Positions 20,001 to 29,462 of a stretch of DNA of 64,000 nt are shown here, piece after piece. A program made the position numbers and the translations under genes. The stretch lies in assembly GCA_018815765.1 (NCBI GenBank), contig JAHIWM010000102.1, positions 45,089 to 109,088 of the forward strand, given 5' to 3'. Positions within the stretch are counted from its first letter, which is position 1. Each line of letters opens with the position of its first letter. This DNA comes from Gammaproteobacteria bacterium (GTDB taxonomy: Bacteria; Pseudomonadota; Gammaproteobacteria; Enterobacterales; Alteromonadaceae). Below the pieces are notes generated by a model that was not told the DNA's origin, ran no database searches, and saw only the letters and a program-made list of their open reading frames with translations.

Positions 20001-21119
20001 GTGAACAAAACGATCTCTTTATGGGGCCAGAGCCTCTATCGCCAATTTAGTTTAATGCTGGCGAATCAGCCTAAGCTGGGTTATTACCTGCATCCTTTGT
20101 TGAACTGGAATAAACCTGCGCTGCATCCGGACTATCACAGTGCCCGCGTTGTTGATTTTTGCTGGGAAACCGAGCAGATGTTGAGTGTCTGGTTAGAGCC
20201 TGCTTCGTCCTGGGCTGGTTTCACCCCAGGTCAGCATCTTCTGGTCACTATGCTGCATAAAGGCCGTTATATCAGCCGCAGTTTTAGTATCAGCTCGTCC
20301 TCTGCTTTATTTGCGCAGCAAAAACAAATCCGCATCAGTTGTCGTATTCAGCCTCAAGGCGAGTTTACTAAAGCTTTAGCCGCAGACATTTCTAAGCTGA
20401 CTCATCTGAGTATCAGTGATGCGATGGGAGATTTTGTGCTGGCGACTACAGCTGATACTGCGCTTGAAAAAAGCATAGTGATGGTGGCGGCAGGTTCAGG
20501 CATTACACCACTTTGGTCCATGCTAAGTAGTTTACGCTGCTGGACTTCGCCTGTGGTTCTGTTTTATTGCGTCAAAAATACAGCCCAGGCCGCCTTTTTG
20601 ACTGAATTAAAACTACTGGCGGCAAAACAGCCTTTATTTGAACTGCAACTGATTGAAACTGCAGCCGCAGGCCGGTTGAACTTAGTGCAGCACTTAAAAG
20701 CTAAAGCCGGTTTTTCGCTGACCAAAAGTCTTTACTATTTTTGTGGCCCTGCGGCTATGAGCCGTCAGTACAAGGACGATTTGATACAACAAGGAGTGTC
20801 ATCGACGGCCATTCATGCCGAACTTTTTGGATTGGCAGTGACTGCAGCAGAAGGGCCAGTAAAACAAGCCCTGTTTATGCAACAGGGCAAAGTGACAACA
20901 GTAGAAGCCGCTGCAGGAGTGCCATTGTTACAAGCCGCAGAGCATCAAGGATTAACGCCACGTTTTGGTTGCCGGATAGGCGTCTGTTATCAGTGTGTGT
21001 GTCAGAAAAAATCAGGCCAGGTACTGAATTTACGCACAGGACAAATCTCAGGTGACGGCCCTGAACAAATTCAGTTGTGTATCAGCGCTGCGCACAGCAA
21101 CTTGCAGATAGAGTTATAG
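20001..21119 (+). CDS. ferredoxin-NAD(P) reductase-like oxidoreductase with C-terminal 2Fe-2S domain (DesC-like partner of desaturase)
   Basis: Motifs are an FAD-binding RSFSISS, NAD-binding AAGSGITPL and the plant-type ferredoxin Cys cluster CRIGVCYQCVC. GTG 20001 is preceded by GGAAGGA; the ORF-track ATG at 19908 lies in AT-rich sequence. Confidence 0.7.
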   Translation: MNKTISLWGQSLYRQFSLMLANQPKLGYYLHPLLNWNKPALHPDYHSARVVDFCWETEQMLSVWLEPASSWAGFTPGQHLLVTMLHKGRYISRSFSISSSSALFAQQKQIRISCRIQPQGEFTKALAADISKLTHLSISDAMGDFVLATTADTALEKSIVMVAAGSGITPLWSMLSSLRCWTSPVVLFYCVKNTAQAAFLTELKLLAAKQPLFELQLIETAAAGRLNLVQHLKAKAGFSLTKSLYYFCGPAAMSRQYKDDLIQQGVSSTAIHAELFGLAVTAAEGPVKQALFMQQGKVTTVEAAAGVPLLQAAEHQGLTPRFGCRIGVCYQCVCQKKSGQVLNLRTGQISGDGPEQIQLCISAAHSNLQIEL

Positions 21120-21123
21120 GATC

Positions 21124-22206
21124 ATGATGAAACTTACAGAACAACAATTATCGGAATTGGCTGCTGAGCTTGATCAGGTGAAAGCCGGTGTGATGAGTCA
21201 GCTGGGTGATAAAGAAGCGCGTTATATCCGCCGTATGTTACTGACGCAGCGCTTAAGCGCCATTTCAGGTCGTGTATTGATGGTGCTGGGTTTTATTACG
21301 CCTTGGCTATGGGTTTTAGGTGTTGCGCTTTTGGCGTTGGCAAAAATTCTCGACAATATGGAAATAGGTCATAACGTTTTGCATGGGCAATACGACTGGA
21401 TGAATGATCCTGTGCTGCATTCACAACGTTTTGAATGGGATATCGCTTGTGACGCTGGTTCCTGGAAACGCACTCATAACTTTGAGCATCACACCTACAC
21501 CAATATCATCGGCAAAGACCGCGACTTTGGTTATGGCTTGTTGCGCCTGAGTAATGACTTTCGCTGGCGGCTGCGTAACTTATGGCAGTTTGTGACTTAT
21601 CTGGTGTTAAGCACCTTGTTTCAGTGGGGCGTGTCGTATCACGAGCTGGCGGGTGAGCGGGTATTTTTTGGTAAAAAGAAACCCGATCGGGTCAATAGCG
21701 TCAGCCATACCGATTTGAAAAAAGCCTTTTTTGGCAAAGGCGCACGTCAGCTGTTTAAAGATTATGTATTTTTTCCTTTGATAGCCGGGCCTATGTGGTT
21801 ATGGGTGTTAACTGGTAATTTGCTGGCGAATATTATCCGTAATTTATGGACCTCCACTGTGATTTTTTGTGGACATTTTACTGCAGATGTTCACACTTTT
21901 ACCCAGCAGCAATGCGAAGGCGAAAGCCGTGGGCACTGGTATTATCGGCAAATTTTAGGCTCGTCCAACTTTACCGGACCCCGTTGGTTTCATATTTTAA
22001 CCGGCCATTTAAGTTGCCAGATTGAACATCACTTATTTCCGGATATGCCAGCTTTGCATTATTTGACTGTGGCACCGCAAGTACAGGCTATTGCGAAAAA
22101 ATATGGCATTGCTTATAACAGCGGCAGTTTTTTACGCCAGTACGCTACGGTAGTGGCCCGGATTATCAGATATTCTTTTCCTGGCGGCCGAGCGACCACA
22201 GTATAA
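21124..22206 (+). CDS. membrane fatty-acid (acyl-CoA/lipid) desaturase (DesB-like)
   Basis: 360 aa with three His boxes: HNVLHGQ, HNFEHH and QIEHHLFP. Translationally coupled to the reductase upstream. Confidence 0.8.
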   Translation: MMKLTEQQLSELAAELDQVKAGVMSQLGDKEARYIRRMLLTQRLSAISGRVLMVLGFITPWLWVLGVALLALAKILDNMEIGHNVLHGQYDWMNDPVLHSQRFEWDIACDAGSWKRTHNFEHHTYTNIIGKDRDFGYGLLRLSNDFRWRLRNLWQFVTYLVLSTLFQWGVSYHELAGERVFFGKKKPDRVNSVSHTDLKKAFFGKGARQLFKDYVFFPLIAGPMWLWVLTGNLLANIIRNLWTSTVIFCGHFTADVHTFTQQQCEGESRGHWYYRQILGSSNFTGPRWFHILTGHLSCQIEHHLFPDMPALHYLTVAPQVQAIAKKYGIAYNSGSFLRQYATVVARIIRYSFPGGRATTV

Positions 22207-22245
22207 AAGTGGCCGCGCCACCACAGCATAAAAAAGGACATAGCC

Positions 22246-23049
22246 ATGTTATTTGCCGATGTACTACAGCAGTTTAAAGCCGGACAGCCGGATCAGTTGC
22301 AAATCGAAGTGCCAGAGCAATGGGGCCAGGGTAGGGCGGTGTTTGGTGGTATGGCATCTGCTTTAGCTTTGGCGCATTTAATCACAGAGCTGCCGGCACA
22401 AATCCCGCTACGCTCAGTGTCTGTATCTTTTGTTGCACCGTTAAATGCAGGGCCTGCCACTGTATCGCGGCGTATTTTGCGTCAGGGCAAGTCAGTCATT
22501 CAGGCGATGGTGGAGATTACTCAGCAGGAGCAGGTGGCATTAGTGCTGCTGGCGAGCTTTGGTGCTGAACGTCCATCGGCTTATCAGATTAAAGCAGAAG
22601 CAGCGCCAGACTCTGGTACTCAGGTGATGGTATTGCCAAAACAAGGGCCAGCACCTGAGTTTACCCGGCATTTTGATTACCATATCACTCGTGGTTCTAT
22701 GCCATTTTCAGGCGGCACAGGCACAGAATTAGGTGGGCTTATCCGTTTTGCTGAAGGTGAAAGCGCAGCTGTAGGTGTGCTGGAGTTATTGGCTTTGGTC
22801 GACGCCTGGCCTCCGGTCAGTTTAACCTTGTTGAACCAGCCGGCTCCCGCCAGTTCGTTAACCTGGACTATAGAGTTTATCCAGCCGCATCAGGGCGTTG
22901 AGACTAAGGCTCTGACGACTGACTGGTGGTCTTATCTGGCTAGCATTGAACACGGTGCTGATGGCTATCATCATATCGAAGCCAAGTTATGGCAACCGGA
23001 CGGCCAATTAACTGCAATCAGCCGCCAGACAGTGACAGTGTTCGCCTGA
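22246..23049 (+). CDS. acyl-CoA thioesterase (TesB-like double hot-dog)
   Basis: 267 aa. The N-terminal WGQGRAVFGGMASALAL pattern is typical of the thioesterase-II-like family. Confidence 0.55.
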   Translation: MLFADVLQQFKAGQPDQLQIEVPEQWGQGRAVFGGMASALALAHLITELPAQIPLRSVSVSFVAPLNAGPATVSRRILRQGKSVIQAMVEITQQEQVALVLLASFGAERPSAYQIKAEAAPDSGTQVMVLPKQGPAPEFTRHFDYHITRGSMPFSGGTGTELGGLIRFAEGESAAVGVLELLALVDAWPPVSLTLLNQPAPASSLTWTIEFIQPHQGVETKALTTDWWSYLASIEHGADGYHHIEAKLWQPDGQLTAISRQTVTVFA

Positions 23050-23149
23050 ACTTGCTCAAAATTTATACTCGCCCGAAGAGAGGGCTTCTGTTATAGTGCG
23101 CGCCCTTTTTCCCGTGCCAGTTTCTGTGTCAATAGAGAGTACCCATTTT

Positions 23150-24526
23150 TTGAGCAACGCCACTTTTACCAGTCTGCCTTTAGCAGAACATTTATTACAA
23201 AGCCTTGAGAGTCTTGGTTACAGTCAGATGACGCCTATTCAGCAACAGGCTTTGCCTGCGCTGTTGGAAGGCAAAGACATTCTGGCCAAAGCCCGTACCG
23301 GTAGTGGCAAGACAGTGGCTTTTGCTCTGACCTTGTTGCATAAACTGGCGGTAAAACGTTTCCGTATTCAATCGCTGGTGCTTTGTCCTACCCGTGAACT
23401 GGCTGAGCAGGTTGCGCAGGAAATCCGTCGTTTAGCCCGCAGTCAACACAATATCAAAGTATTGACTTTGGTAGGTGGTGTTTCTGTTGGCCCACAAATT
23501 GGCTCGTTAGAACATGGCGCTCATATTATTGTTGGCACACCGGGTCGGATCCTCGAGATGATCGACCGTAACCTGCTGAACTTGTCGGATGTCGAAACTT
23601 TGGTGCTGGATGAAGCGGATCGTATGCTCGACATGGGCTTCGCTGATGATATCGGCGTTATTCTGAACGCTCTGCCTGCTGATCGCCAAACCTTGTTGTT
23701 TTCAGCCACTTACCCGGACAAAGTGAACGATTTAAAACGTCACTTAAAAACCGATGCTGTGCAGGTTTTTGTTGAAGATGCTGAACAAACTGAAATAGAG
23801 CAGAAGTTTATTGAAGTAGAAGCCAACGACAAAATTGCAGCTTTAAAGCAACTATTGTCCTGGCATGGTGCCAAGCCCACACTGATTTTCTCCAATATGC
23901 GCAAAGACACTCAGGATATTTGTGATGAACTGGCGGATGCCGGTTATAGCGTGATGTCATTGCATGGTGACTTAGAGCAGCGTGACCGTGAACGTGTGCT
24001 GATGCAGTTTACCAACCAAAGTTGCCTGATTATGGTGGCAACCGATGTGGCTGCCCGTGGTCTGGATATCAGTGCTTTGCCTTTGGTCATTAACTACGAT
24101 TTATCCAACGACCCTGAAGTGCATGTCCACAGAGTAGGGCGTACTGGCCGTGCTGGTGCTGAAGGTCTGGCGTTAACGCTGGTGACTCCCTCACAAATGG
24201 GCCGTTTGGCCGCACTGGAAGATCAACTGGGTTTAACAGCTCAGTGGGCAGAGTTAACTGCTTATCCTGCTAAAGACGGTGTACCAGCGCGCGCGCCTAT
24301 GCGTACTGTGATGATCGATGGCGGCAAAAAAGACAAAGTTCGCCCAGGCGATATAGTAGGCGCTTTAACAGGTGAGCTGGGTTTATCCTTTGACCAATTA
24401 GGTAAAATCAACGTGCTGGCGATGGTCAGTTTTGTCGCTGTTCGCAACGACGTGGCGAGCGCAGCCTTAAAACGTTTAAGCGAAGGCAAAATCAAAGGCC
24501 GTCAATTCCGCTGCCGTTTTGTCTAA
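23150..24526 (+). CDS. dbpA: ATP-dependent RNA helicase DbpA
   Basis: Motifs AKTGSGKT, PTRELA, DEAD (LVLDEADRMLD), SAT and HRVGRTGRAG, plus a DbpA-type C-terminal RNA-binding domain (DGGKKDKVRPGDIVGALTGE). TTG 23150 aligns with the E. coli N-terminus. The start is uncertain; the ORF-track start is GTG 23096. Confidence 0.85.
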   Translation: MSNATFTSLPLAEHLLQSLESLGYSQMTPIQQQALPALLEGKDILAKARTGSGKTVAFALTLLHKLAVKRFRIQSLVLCPTRELAEQVAQEIRRLARSQHNIKVLTLVGGVSVGPQIGSLEHGAHIIVGTPGRILEMIDRNLLNLSDVETLVLDEADRMLDMGFADDIGVILNALPADRQTLLFSATYPDKVNDLKRHLKTDAVQVFVEDAEQTEIEQKFIEVEANDKIAALKQLLSWHGAKPTLIFSNMRKDTQDICDELADAGYSVMSLHGDLEQRDRERVLMQFTNQSCLIMVATDVAARGLDISALPLVINYDLSNDPEVHVHRVGRTGRAGAEGLALTLVTPSQMGRLAALEDQLGLTAQWAELTAYPAKDGVPARAPMRTVMIDGGKKDKVRPGDIVGALTGELGLSFDQLGKINVLAMVSFVAVRNDVASAALKRLSEGKIKGRQFRCRFV

Positions 24527-24537
24527 TAAAAAATATG

Positions 24538-24592
24538 AAAATGGGGTCAGATCACATTGTTAACTGTTAACAATGTGATCTGACCCCATTTT
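24538..24592. repeat. palindromic intergenic repeat, subfamily B copy 1
   Basis: AAAATGGGGTCAGATCACATTGTTAAC-t-GTTAACAATGTGATCTGACCCCATTTT, located 11 nt after the dbpA stop. An A-run and a T-run flank the stem. Confidence 0.85.
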
Positions 24593-24688
24593 TACTTATG
24601 CTTACAAAAAGTATCTGATGTAAGAGGAAAAATTGCCCGAATGCACTAAGCTCAAAGCGGATAGACACTAAAAATAAAGAGGCCGCTT

Positions 24689-25531
24689 ATGAACGTTCAA
24701 CACCTTCTATGCAGCGCTGTAGTTTGTCTGCTGTTGTTTGGCTGCAAACCTGCCGACACTCAAACCTCTGCTGTTGTTACTCCTGATGCTGTCACTAAAG
24801 TGGCAGAAACTCCCTCTGAACCCAAAGCCACACCTTGCCAGTTGAAACTGGGTTTTGAATCCTGGGAACCCTACCAATATGTCGGAATGGAACAACAAGC
24901 CAGTGGACTGGATATTGAAATAGTACAAGCCGTTGCCGGACGTATGAACTGTACGCTGGTGCTGCAGCATGGCACCTGGCAGGATTTGCTAGGTCAGTTC
25001 AGGCAAGGACAGTTGGATGTGCTGCTGGGAGCATCCAAAACACCAGCCCGTGAAGAATTTGCGCTATTTTCCGAGCCTTACCGCGCTGAGCAGTTCCAAC
25101 TGTTTGTTCGCAAGGATGACGCCGATAAATACAACTTTGACTCTGTGGCAGAAATGGTCGCTGCTAAACACAAAGTTGGGCTTATCAGCGATTATTACTA
25201 TGGCGAACAAATTACAGCTTTGTACGGTGACGATCAGATGCGTCCACAGTTTGTTGAATCGATGATGAGTGAACAAAACATCGCAGTATTACTGGACGAT
25301 CAGGTTGATGCTGTGCTGGAAGATAGTTTTGTCGGTGCCGCTATTATCCGTCGTAAAGGATTAGAGCAACAGGTGCAACCTCATAGCATCAAGCTGGATG
25401 AAACGCCTATTTATGTGATGTTCAGTAAGTCAACAGTACAGCCAGAGCAGGTCAGCTCCTTTAATCAGGCGCTGCAGCAGTTAAAAGATAGTGGTGACTA
25501 TCAGTTGCTTATAGGTAAGTATCAAAGCTAA
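24689..25531 (+). CDS. family-3 solute-binding-like lipoprotein (orphan)
   Basis: 280 aa with lipobox LLFGC. SBP_bac_3 pattern (WEPYQY..., GLDIEI, DVLLGASKTPAREE). No ABC partner genes adjacent. Confidence 0.55.
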   Translation: MNVQHLLCSAVVCLLLFGCKPADTQTSAVVTPDAVTKVAETPSEPKATPCQLKLGFESWEPYQYVGMEQQASGLDIEIVQAVAGRMNCTLVLQHGTWQDLLGQFRQGQLDVLLGASKTPAREEFALFSEPYRAEQFQLFVRKDDADKYNFDSVAEMVAAKHKVGLISDYYYGEQITALYGDDQMRPQFVESMMSEQNIAVLLDDQVDAVLEDSFVGAAIIRRKGLEQQVQPHSIKLDETPIYVMFSKSTVQPEQVSSFNQALQQLKDSGDYQLLIGKYQS

Positions 25532-26196
25532 TCACCAAACTGGCGGGCCAGCAACGAAGCAGTAAAGCTGGCCTTTAAATAAAATCCTCTGGGCAGGGTT
25601 TGAATAGGTTGACCATCAGCGCCAATAGCGGAAGTTAAGGCTTTGCTATTGGCCGCTTTAGGGCGTAATTGCAGTACTTTGCCATGTGCGCCTTTAATCT
25701 GATCGATGCCACCTAATACAATTAGCTCCATCAACTCCTCCCAGTCTTGTTGCAACAGGGCTTGCTGCTCTGCATCCGGGCTCCATAAAAATGCGCTGCC
25801 AATTTGACGTTCAGCCAGTGGAATAGTGCGTTCAGCCAGTATAGGCACAAACAACACCTTGCTGAGTTTGCGACAAACCCAGGACTCATGCCAGCGTAAA
25901 CCTGCCACGTCGGTTAAAGGCGCCACACACACATAAGTGCTTTCCAGCGGTTTACCAAATCGATCCACAGGTAAGGTTTTCAGTTCTACGCCTAAATGTG
26001 GGAAATCTGGTTCAGCTTTACTGCCACTGCTGGCGCCCAGCACCAATTCAAGCAATTGACCCACTGTGCCTTTTTCGCGTTGTAGATTGGCAGGCAGCTG
26101 CAGGTGACATTGCTCTGCCAACTGGCCCAAAGTCAGGCCTGCAATCAGGGCGCAACGTTCCACTAATTCTTCGATGTTTTTGGGGGGCTGGCTCAT
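25528..26196 (-). CDS. mutH: DNA mismatch-repair endonuclease MutH
   Basis: 222 aa from ATG 26196 (MSQPPKNIEELVERCALIAGLTLGQLA...). Motifs PDFPHLGVELKT and the catalytic region are present. It is divergent from rppH as in enterics. The ORF-track start at 26295 adds 33 unlikely residues. Confidence 0.85.
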   Translation of the reverse strand: MSQPPKNIEELVERCALIAGLTLGQLAEQCHLQLPANLQREKGTVGQLLELVLGASSGSKAEPDFPHLGVELKTLPVDRFGKPLESTYVCVAPLTDVAGLRWHESWVCRKLSKVLFVPILAERTIPLAERQIGSAFLWSPDAEQQALLQQDWEELMELIVLGGIDQIKGAHGKVLQLRPKAANSKALTSAIGADGQPIQTLPRGFYLKASFTASLLARQFGD

Positions 26197-26287
26197 AAAA
26201 GCGTCATAAATACAGCAGTGATTCAGGTCTCTAAAAACATTAACATTTTTTGATTTATTTTGCTGCTCAAAAAGCAAACAAAGCGAG

Positions 26288-26493
26288 TTATGCACAGTTG
26301 TAACACTGCTGAAATAGCAAGCGTTCGGATCTAACTGGATGTTTTTTATAGATTTTTTTGATTTGTTAGTTGTGTGTTATTCCAGCTATTGCAAGTTATT
26401 CAAGAATAAAAACACCCTTATGCACAGCTTTATGTACAGAGCCTGTGTAGAAGTTCACAGTGGCTGCTAATTAATCATCTAAATTGTGGATAA
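26288..26493. promoter_or_regulatory. DnaA-box cluster in the mutH-rppH spacer (DARS2-like candidate)
   Basis: TTATGCACA at 26288-26296 and 26418-26426, TTATGTACA at 26430-26438, and TGTGGATAA (reverse complement TTATCCACA) at 26485-26493. The consensus is TTATNCACA. The surrounding sequence is AT-rich. Confidence 0.5.
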
Positions 26494-26577
26494 CTCTGTA
26501 GAAAATACAATTTGCCGAAGTCGTGACTTTATGAAAGAATCGATGAAACAACAGCTGTAAATAAGCTAGAGGTTTTT

Positions 26578-27096
26578 GTGATCGACGCTGAAGGCTTCCG
26601 GGCCAACGTCGGCATTGTAATATACAACCACCAGGGACAGGTGTTTTGGGCAAGGAGATACGGTCAACATTCCTGGCAGTACCCACAGGGCGGCATTGAT
26701 GATGGGGAAACCCCTGAGCAAGCCATGTACCGCGAGTTAAACGAAGAAGTTGGTTTACAGCCTGAAGATGTAGAAATTATTGCTGTAACCAAGCACTGGC
26801 TAAGGTACAAGTTACCTAAACGTTTAATTCGACGGGACAGTAATCCGGTGTGTATAGGGCAAAAGCAAAAATGGTTTTTGTTGCGCCTGACCTGTAAGGA
26901 TGAAGACGTAAATCTGTTAAAAACTTCGCATCCGGAGTTTGATGACTGGCGTTGGGTCAGTTATTGGTATCCGGTGCGTCAGGTCGTCGCCTTTAAGCGG
27001 GAAGTGTACCGCAAGGTGATGAAAGAGTTTGCCCCTATTGCTTTGCCGTATCTTCGTAGAGATGGAAAAAATGAGAAGTTAATCAGAAGGGGTTAG
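26578..27096 (+). CDS. rppH: RNA pyrophosphohydrolase RppH (NudH)
   Basis: 172 aa with a GTG start. N-terminus [15 protein letters not shown] and Nudix box [23 protein letters not shown]. Confidence 0.9.
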   Translation: MIDAEGFRANVGIVIYNHQGQVFWARRYGQHSWQYPQGGIDDGETPEQAMYRELNEEVGLQPEDVEIIAVTKHWLRYKLPKRLIRRDSNPVCIGQKQKWFLLRLTCKDEDVNLLKTSHPEFDDWRWVSYWYPVRQVVAFKREVYRKVMKEFAPIALPYLRRDGKNEKLIRRG

Positions 27097-27098
27097 GA

Positions 27099-29366
27099 AT
27101 GCTGAGCCAGTTAAGGCGCATAGTGCAGGATGTGGCGCAAGAGCCGGTACTGAATAACGCATTGGCTGGCTTAGTCTCGAATGTAAAAAATGCCCTGAAA
27201 ACAGAGTGTTGCTCTGTTTATTTAGCCGACTATGATCAGCAGCATTTTATGCTGATGGCCACAGACGGCTTAAATCCTGAAGCGGTAGGCCAAATCTCTA
27301 TTGGCTTCTCCGAAGGCTTGATTGGCTGGGTAGGTCAGCGTGAAGAGCCGATCAACCTAGCGCAAGCTCATTTACACCCCCGTTTTAAAGTCACCCCTGA
27401 AGTCAGTGAAGACCGATTTTCGGCCTTTTTAGGTTGCCCTATTATTCATCATCGTAAAGTGCTGGGTGTATTAACCATACAGCAGGGCGAATCACGGGTA
27501 TTCAGTGAAGATGAAGAGTCTTTCCTGGTGACTTTGGGCGTGCAACTGGCGTCAGTGTTAGTCAATGCAGAAATGCGACAGGCGGCCAGTCAGAATTCAA
27601 AACAACAAAAAAGTACAGGTCAGTTGCTGGGTCTACCCGGTGCTCCTGGTATAGCTATAGGCGAAGGTTTTGTGCTGGAACCGTCCAGTGACTTTGATGC
27701 GATATCACTAAAAAAAGTCGACGATCCGGAAAAGGAACTGTCACGTTTTTATAAAGCCGTCAAAATTACTAAAGCCGAATTTAATCGTTTAGCCGAACGT
27801 ATGGCCGGGCATTTGCCGCCGGACGCTTTGGCTATTTTTGATGTGTACCATCAGTTATTAGACGCGGCCAGCCTTGGCAATGAAATTGAAAAACAAATCC
27901 ACGAAGGCTGGTGTGCTAAAAGCGCACTGAAACGTGTGGTTGAAAAGTTTGCCCGTCAGTTTGACGATATGGACGATCCTTACCTGCGCGAACGCGGGAC
28001 TGATATTCGGGATTTAGGCCAAAGGGTACTGAATCATTTGCTCGATACTGAACAACGACATCATAAGTTGCCGGAAAAGGTAGTGCTGGTGGCCGATAAC
28101 GTCACCGCCACTATGCTGGCCGAAATTCCGCGTGCTCAACTGGTAGCTATTGTTTCGCTGAAAGGCTCAGTCAACTCACACGCCGCTATTATGGCCCGGG
28201 CTTTGGGCATTCCTGCTGTGATGGGCTTGGACGAGCTGCCCCTGTTTCACTGGCAAAGTCAGCGTTTAATTGTCGACGGTTACCGTGGCCAGATTTTAGT
28301 AGGGCCTGCCGAGGCCATAGTGACTGAATATCAGGCCTTGATCAGCGAAGATGCGCAGCTTAGCGCGCGTTATCAGTCGGAAATGCATTTAAACGCTCAG
28401 AGCGCTTGTGGTGCGCCTTTTAGCTTAATGATTAATGCTGGTCTTGCGATAGAGTTGGAAAGTGCTCAGCCGTCTTATACAGATGGTATTGGGCTGTACC
28501 GCACTGAATTCCCTTTTATTATGCGCAACCGTTTTCCAACAGAAGCGGAGCAAATCGAACTCTATAAAAAAGTGCTGGCGTCGCACCCCACCAAAGCAGT
28601 GGTGATGCGTACTCTGGATGTGGGTGGTGATAAAGCGCTGCCTTATTTCAGCATTATTGAAGAAAATCCCTTTTTAGGCTGGCGTGGTATTCGGTTAACT
28701 TTGGATCACCCGGAAATTTTTCTGGTTCAAATTCGCGCTATGCTCAAAGCCAATATAGGCCAGGGCAATTTACATATTTTGCTGCCGATGATTTCGGATT
28801 TGGCCGAAGTGGATGAATCGCTGCGTCTCATCAAACAAGCCACTTTTGAGCTGACGGATGAATTAGCAGGCACAGAAGTACAGCTGCCTAAAGCTAAAGT
28901 CGGCGTGATGATTGAAGTACCGTCCATTATGTATCAGTTGCCTGAGCTGGCACGTAAGATAGACTTCTGTTCTGTCGGCACCAACGATTTAACTCAGTAT
29001 TTATTGGCTGTTGATCGCAACAACCCGCGGGTCGCTGGCTTGTATGATGCGATGCATCCTGCGGTATTGCGTGCTTTGCATCAAATGTCATTACAGGCTC
29101 AGGGTTTACAATTGCCTATGAGTATCTGCGGTGAGCTGGCGGGTGAACCTGCTGGTGTGCTGATTTTAGCCGCTATGGGGTATGACAAATTCAGTATGAA
29201 CAGCAGTAACCTGGCAAAAATTAAATGGTTACTACGCAGAGTGAATATGTCAGAACTGCAATTGCTGCTACCGGAAATTCTGGCCTGCCAGTCGCCAAAA
29301 CAAGTTCGTCTGCACGTACAACGTTTCCTCGATCAAAAACAGCTGTTGAACCAATTACGTGCTTAA
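27099..29366 (+). CDS. ptsP: phosphoenolpyruvate-protein phosphotransferase PtsP (EI-Ntr, GAF-containing)
   Basis: 755 aa with an N-terminal GAF domain. Phospho-His region GSVNSHAAIMARALGIPAV and PEP-binding C-terminus SVGTNDLTQY. Conserved rppH-ptsP linkage. Confidence 0.9.
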   Translation: MLSQLRRIVQDVAQEPVLNNALAGLVSNVKNALKTECCSVYLADYDQQHFMLMATDGLNPEAVGQISIGFSEGLIGWVGQREEPINLAQAHLHPRFKVTPEVSEDRFSAFLGCPIIHHRKVLGVLTIQQGESRVFSEDEESFLVTLGVQLASVLVNAEMRQAASQNSKQQKSTGQLLGLPGAPGIAIGEGFVLEPSSDFDAISLKKVDDPEKELSRFYKAVKITKAEFNRLAERMAGHLPPDALAIFDVYHQLLDAASLGNEIEKQIHEGWCAKSALKRVVEKFARQFDDMDDPYLRERGTDIRDLGQRVLNHLLDTEQRHHKLPEKVVLVADNVTATMLAEIPRAQLVAIVSLKGSVNSHAAIMARALGIPAVMGLDELPLFHWQSQRLIVDGYRGQILVGPAEAIVTEYQALISEDAQLSARYQSEMHLNAQSACGAPFSLMINAGLAIELESAQPSYTDGIGLYRTEFPFIMRNRFPTEAEQIELYKKVLASHPTKAVVMRTLDVGGDKALPYFSIIEENPFLGWRGIRLTLDHPEIFLVQIRAMLKANIGQGNLHILLPMISDLAEVDESLRLIKQATFELTDELAGTEVQLPKAKVGVMIEVPSIMYQLPELARKIDFCSVGTNDLTQYLLAVDRNNPRVAGLYDAMHPAVLRALHQMSLQAQGLQLPMSICGELAGEPAGVLILAAMGYDKFSMNSSNLAKIKWLLRRVNMSELQLLLPEILACQSPKQVRLHVQRFLDQKQLLNQLRA

Positions 29367-29462
29367 CAGGACCAAGGGCTGTTACAATGTTTGACCTTAT
29401 CAAGATGTGTGCATCCAAGCCGATGCCCTACTGATTTATTGATTAGAACAGGACTTTTCATA

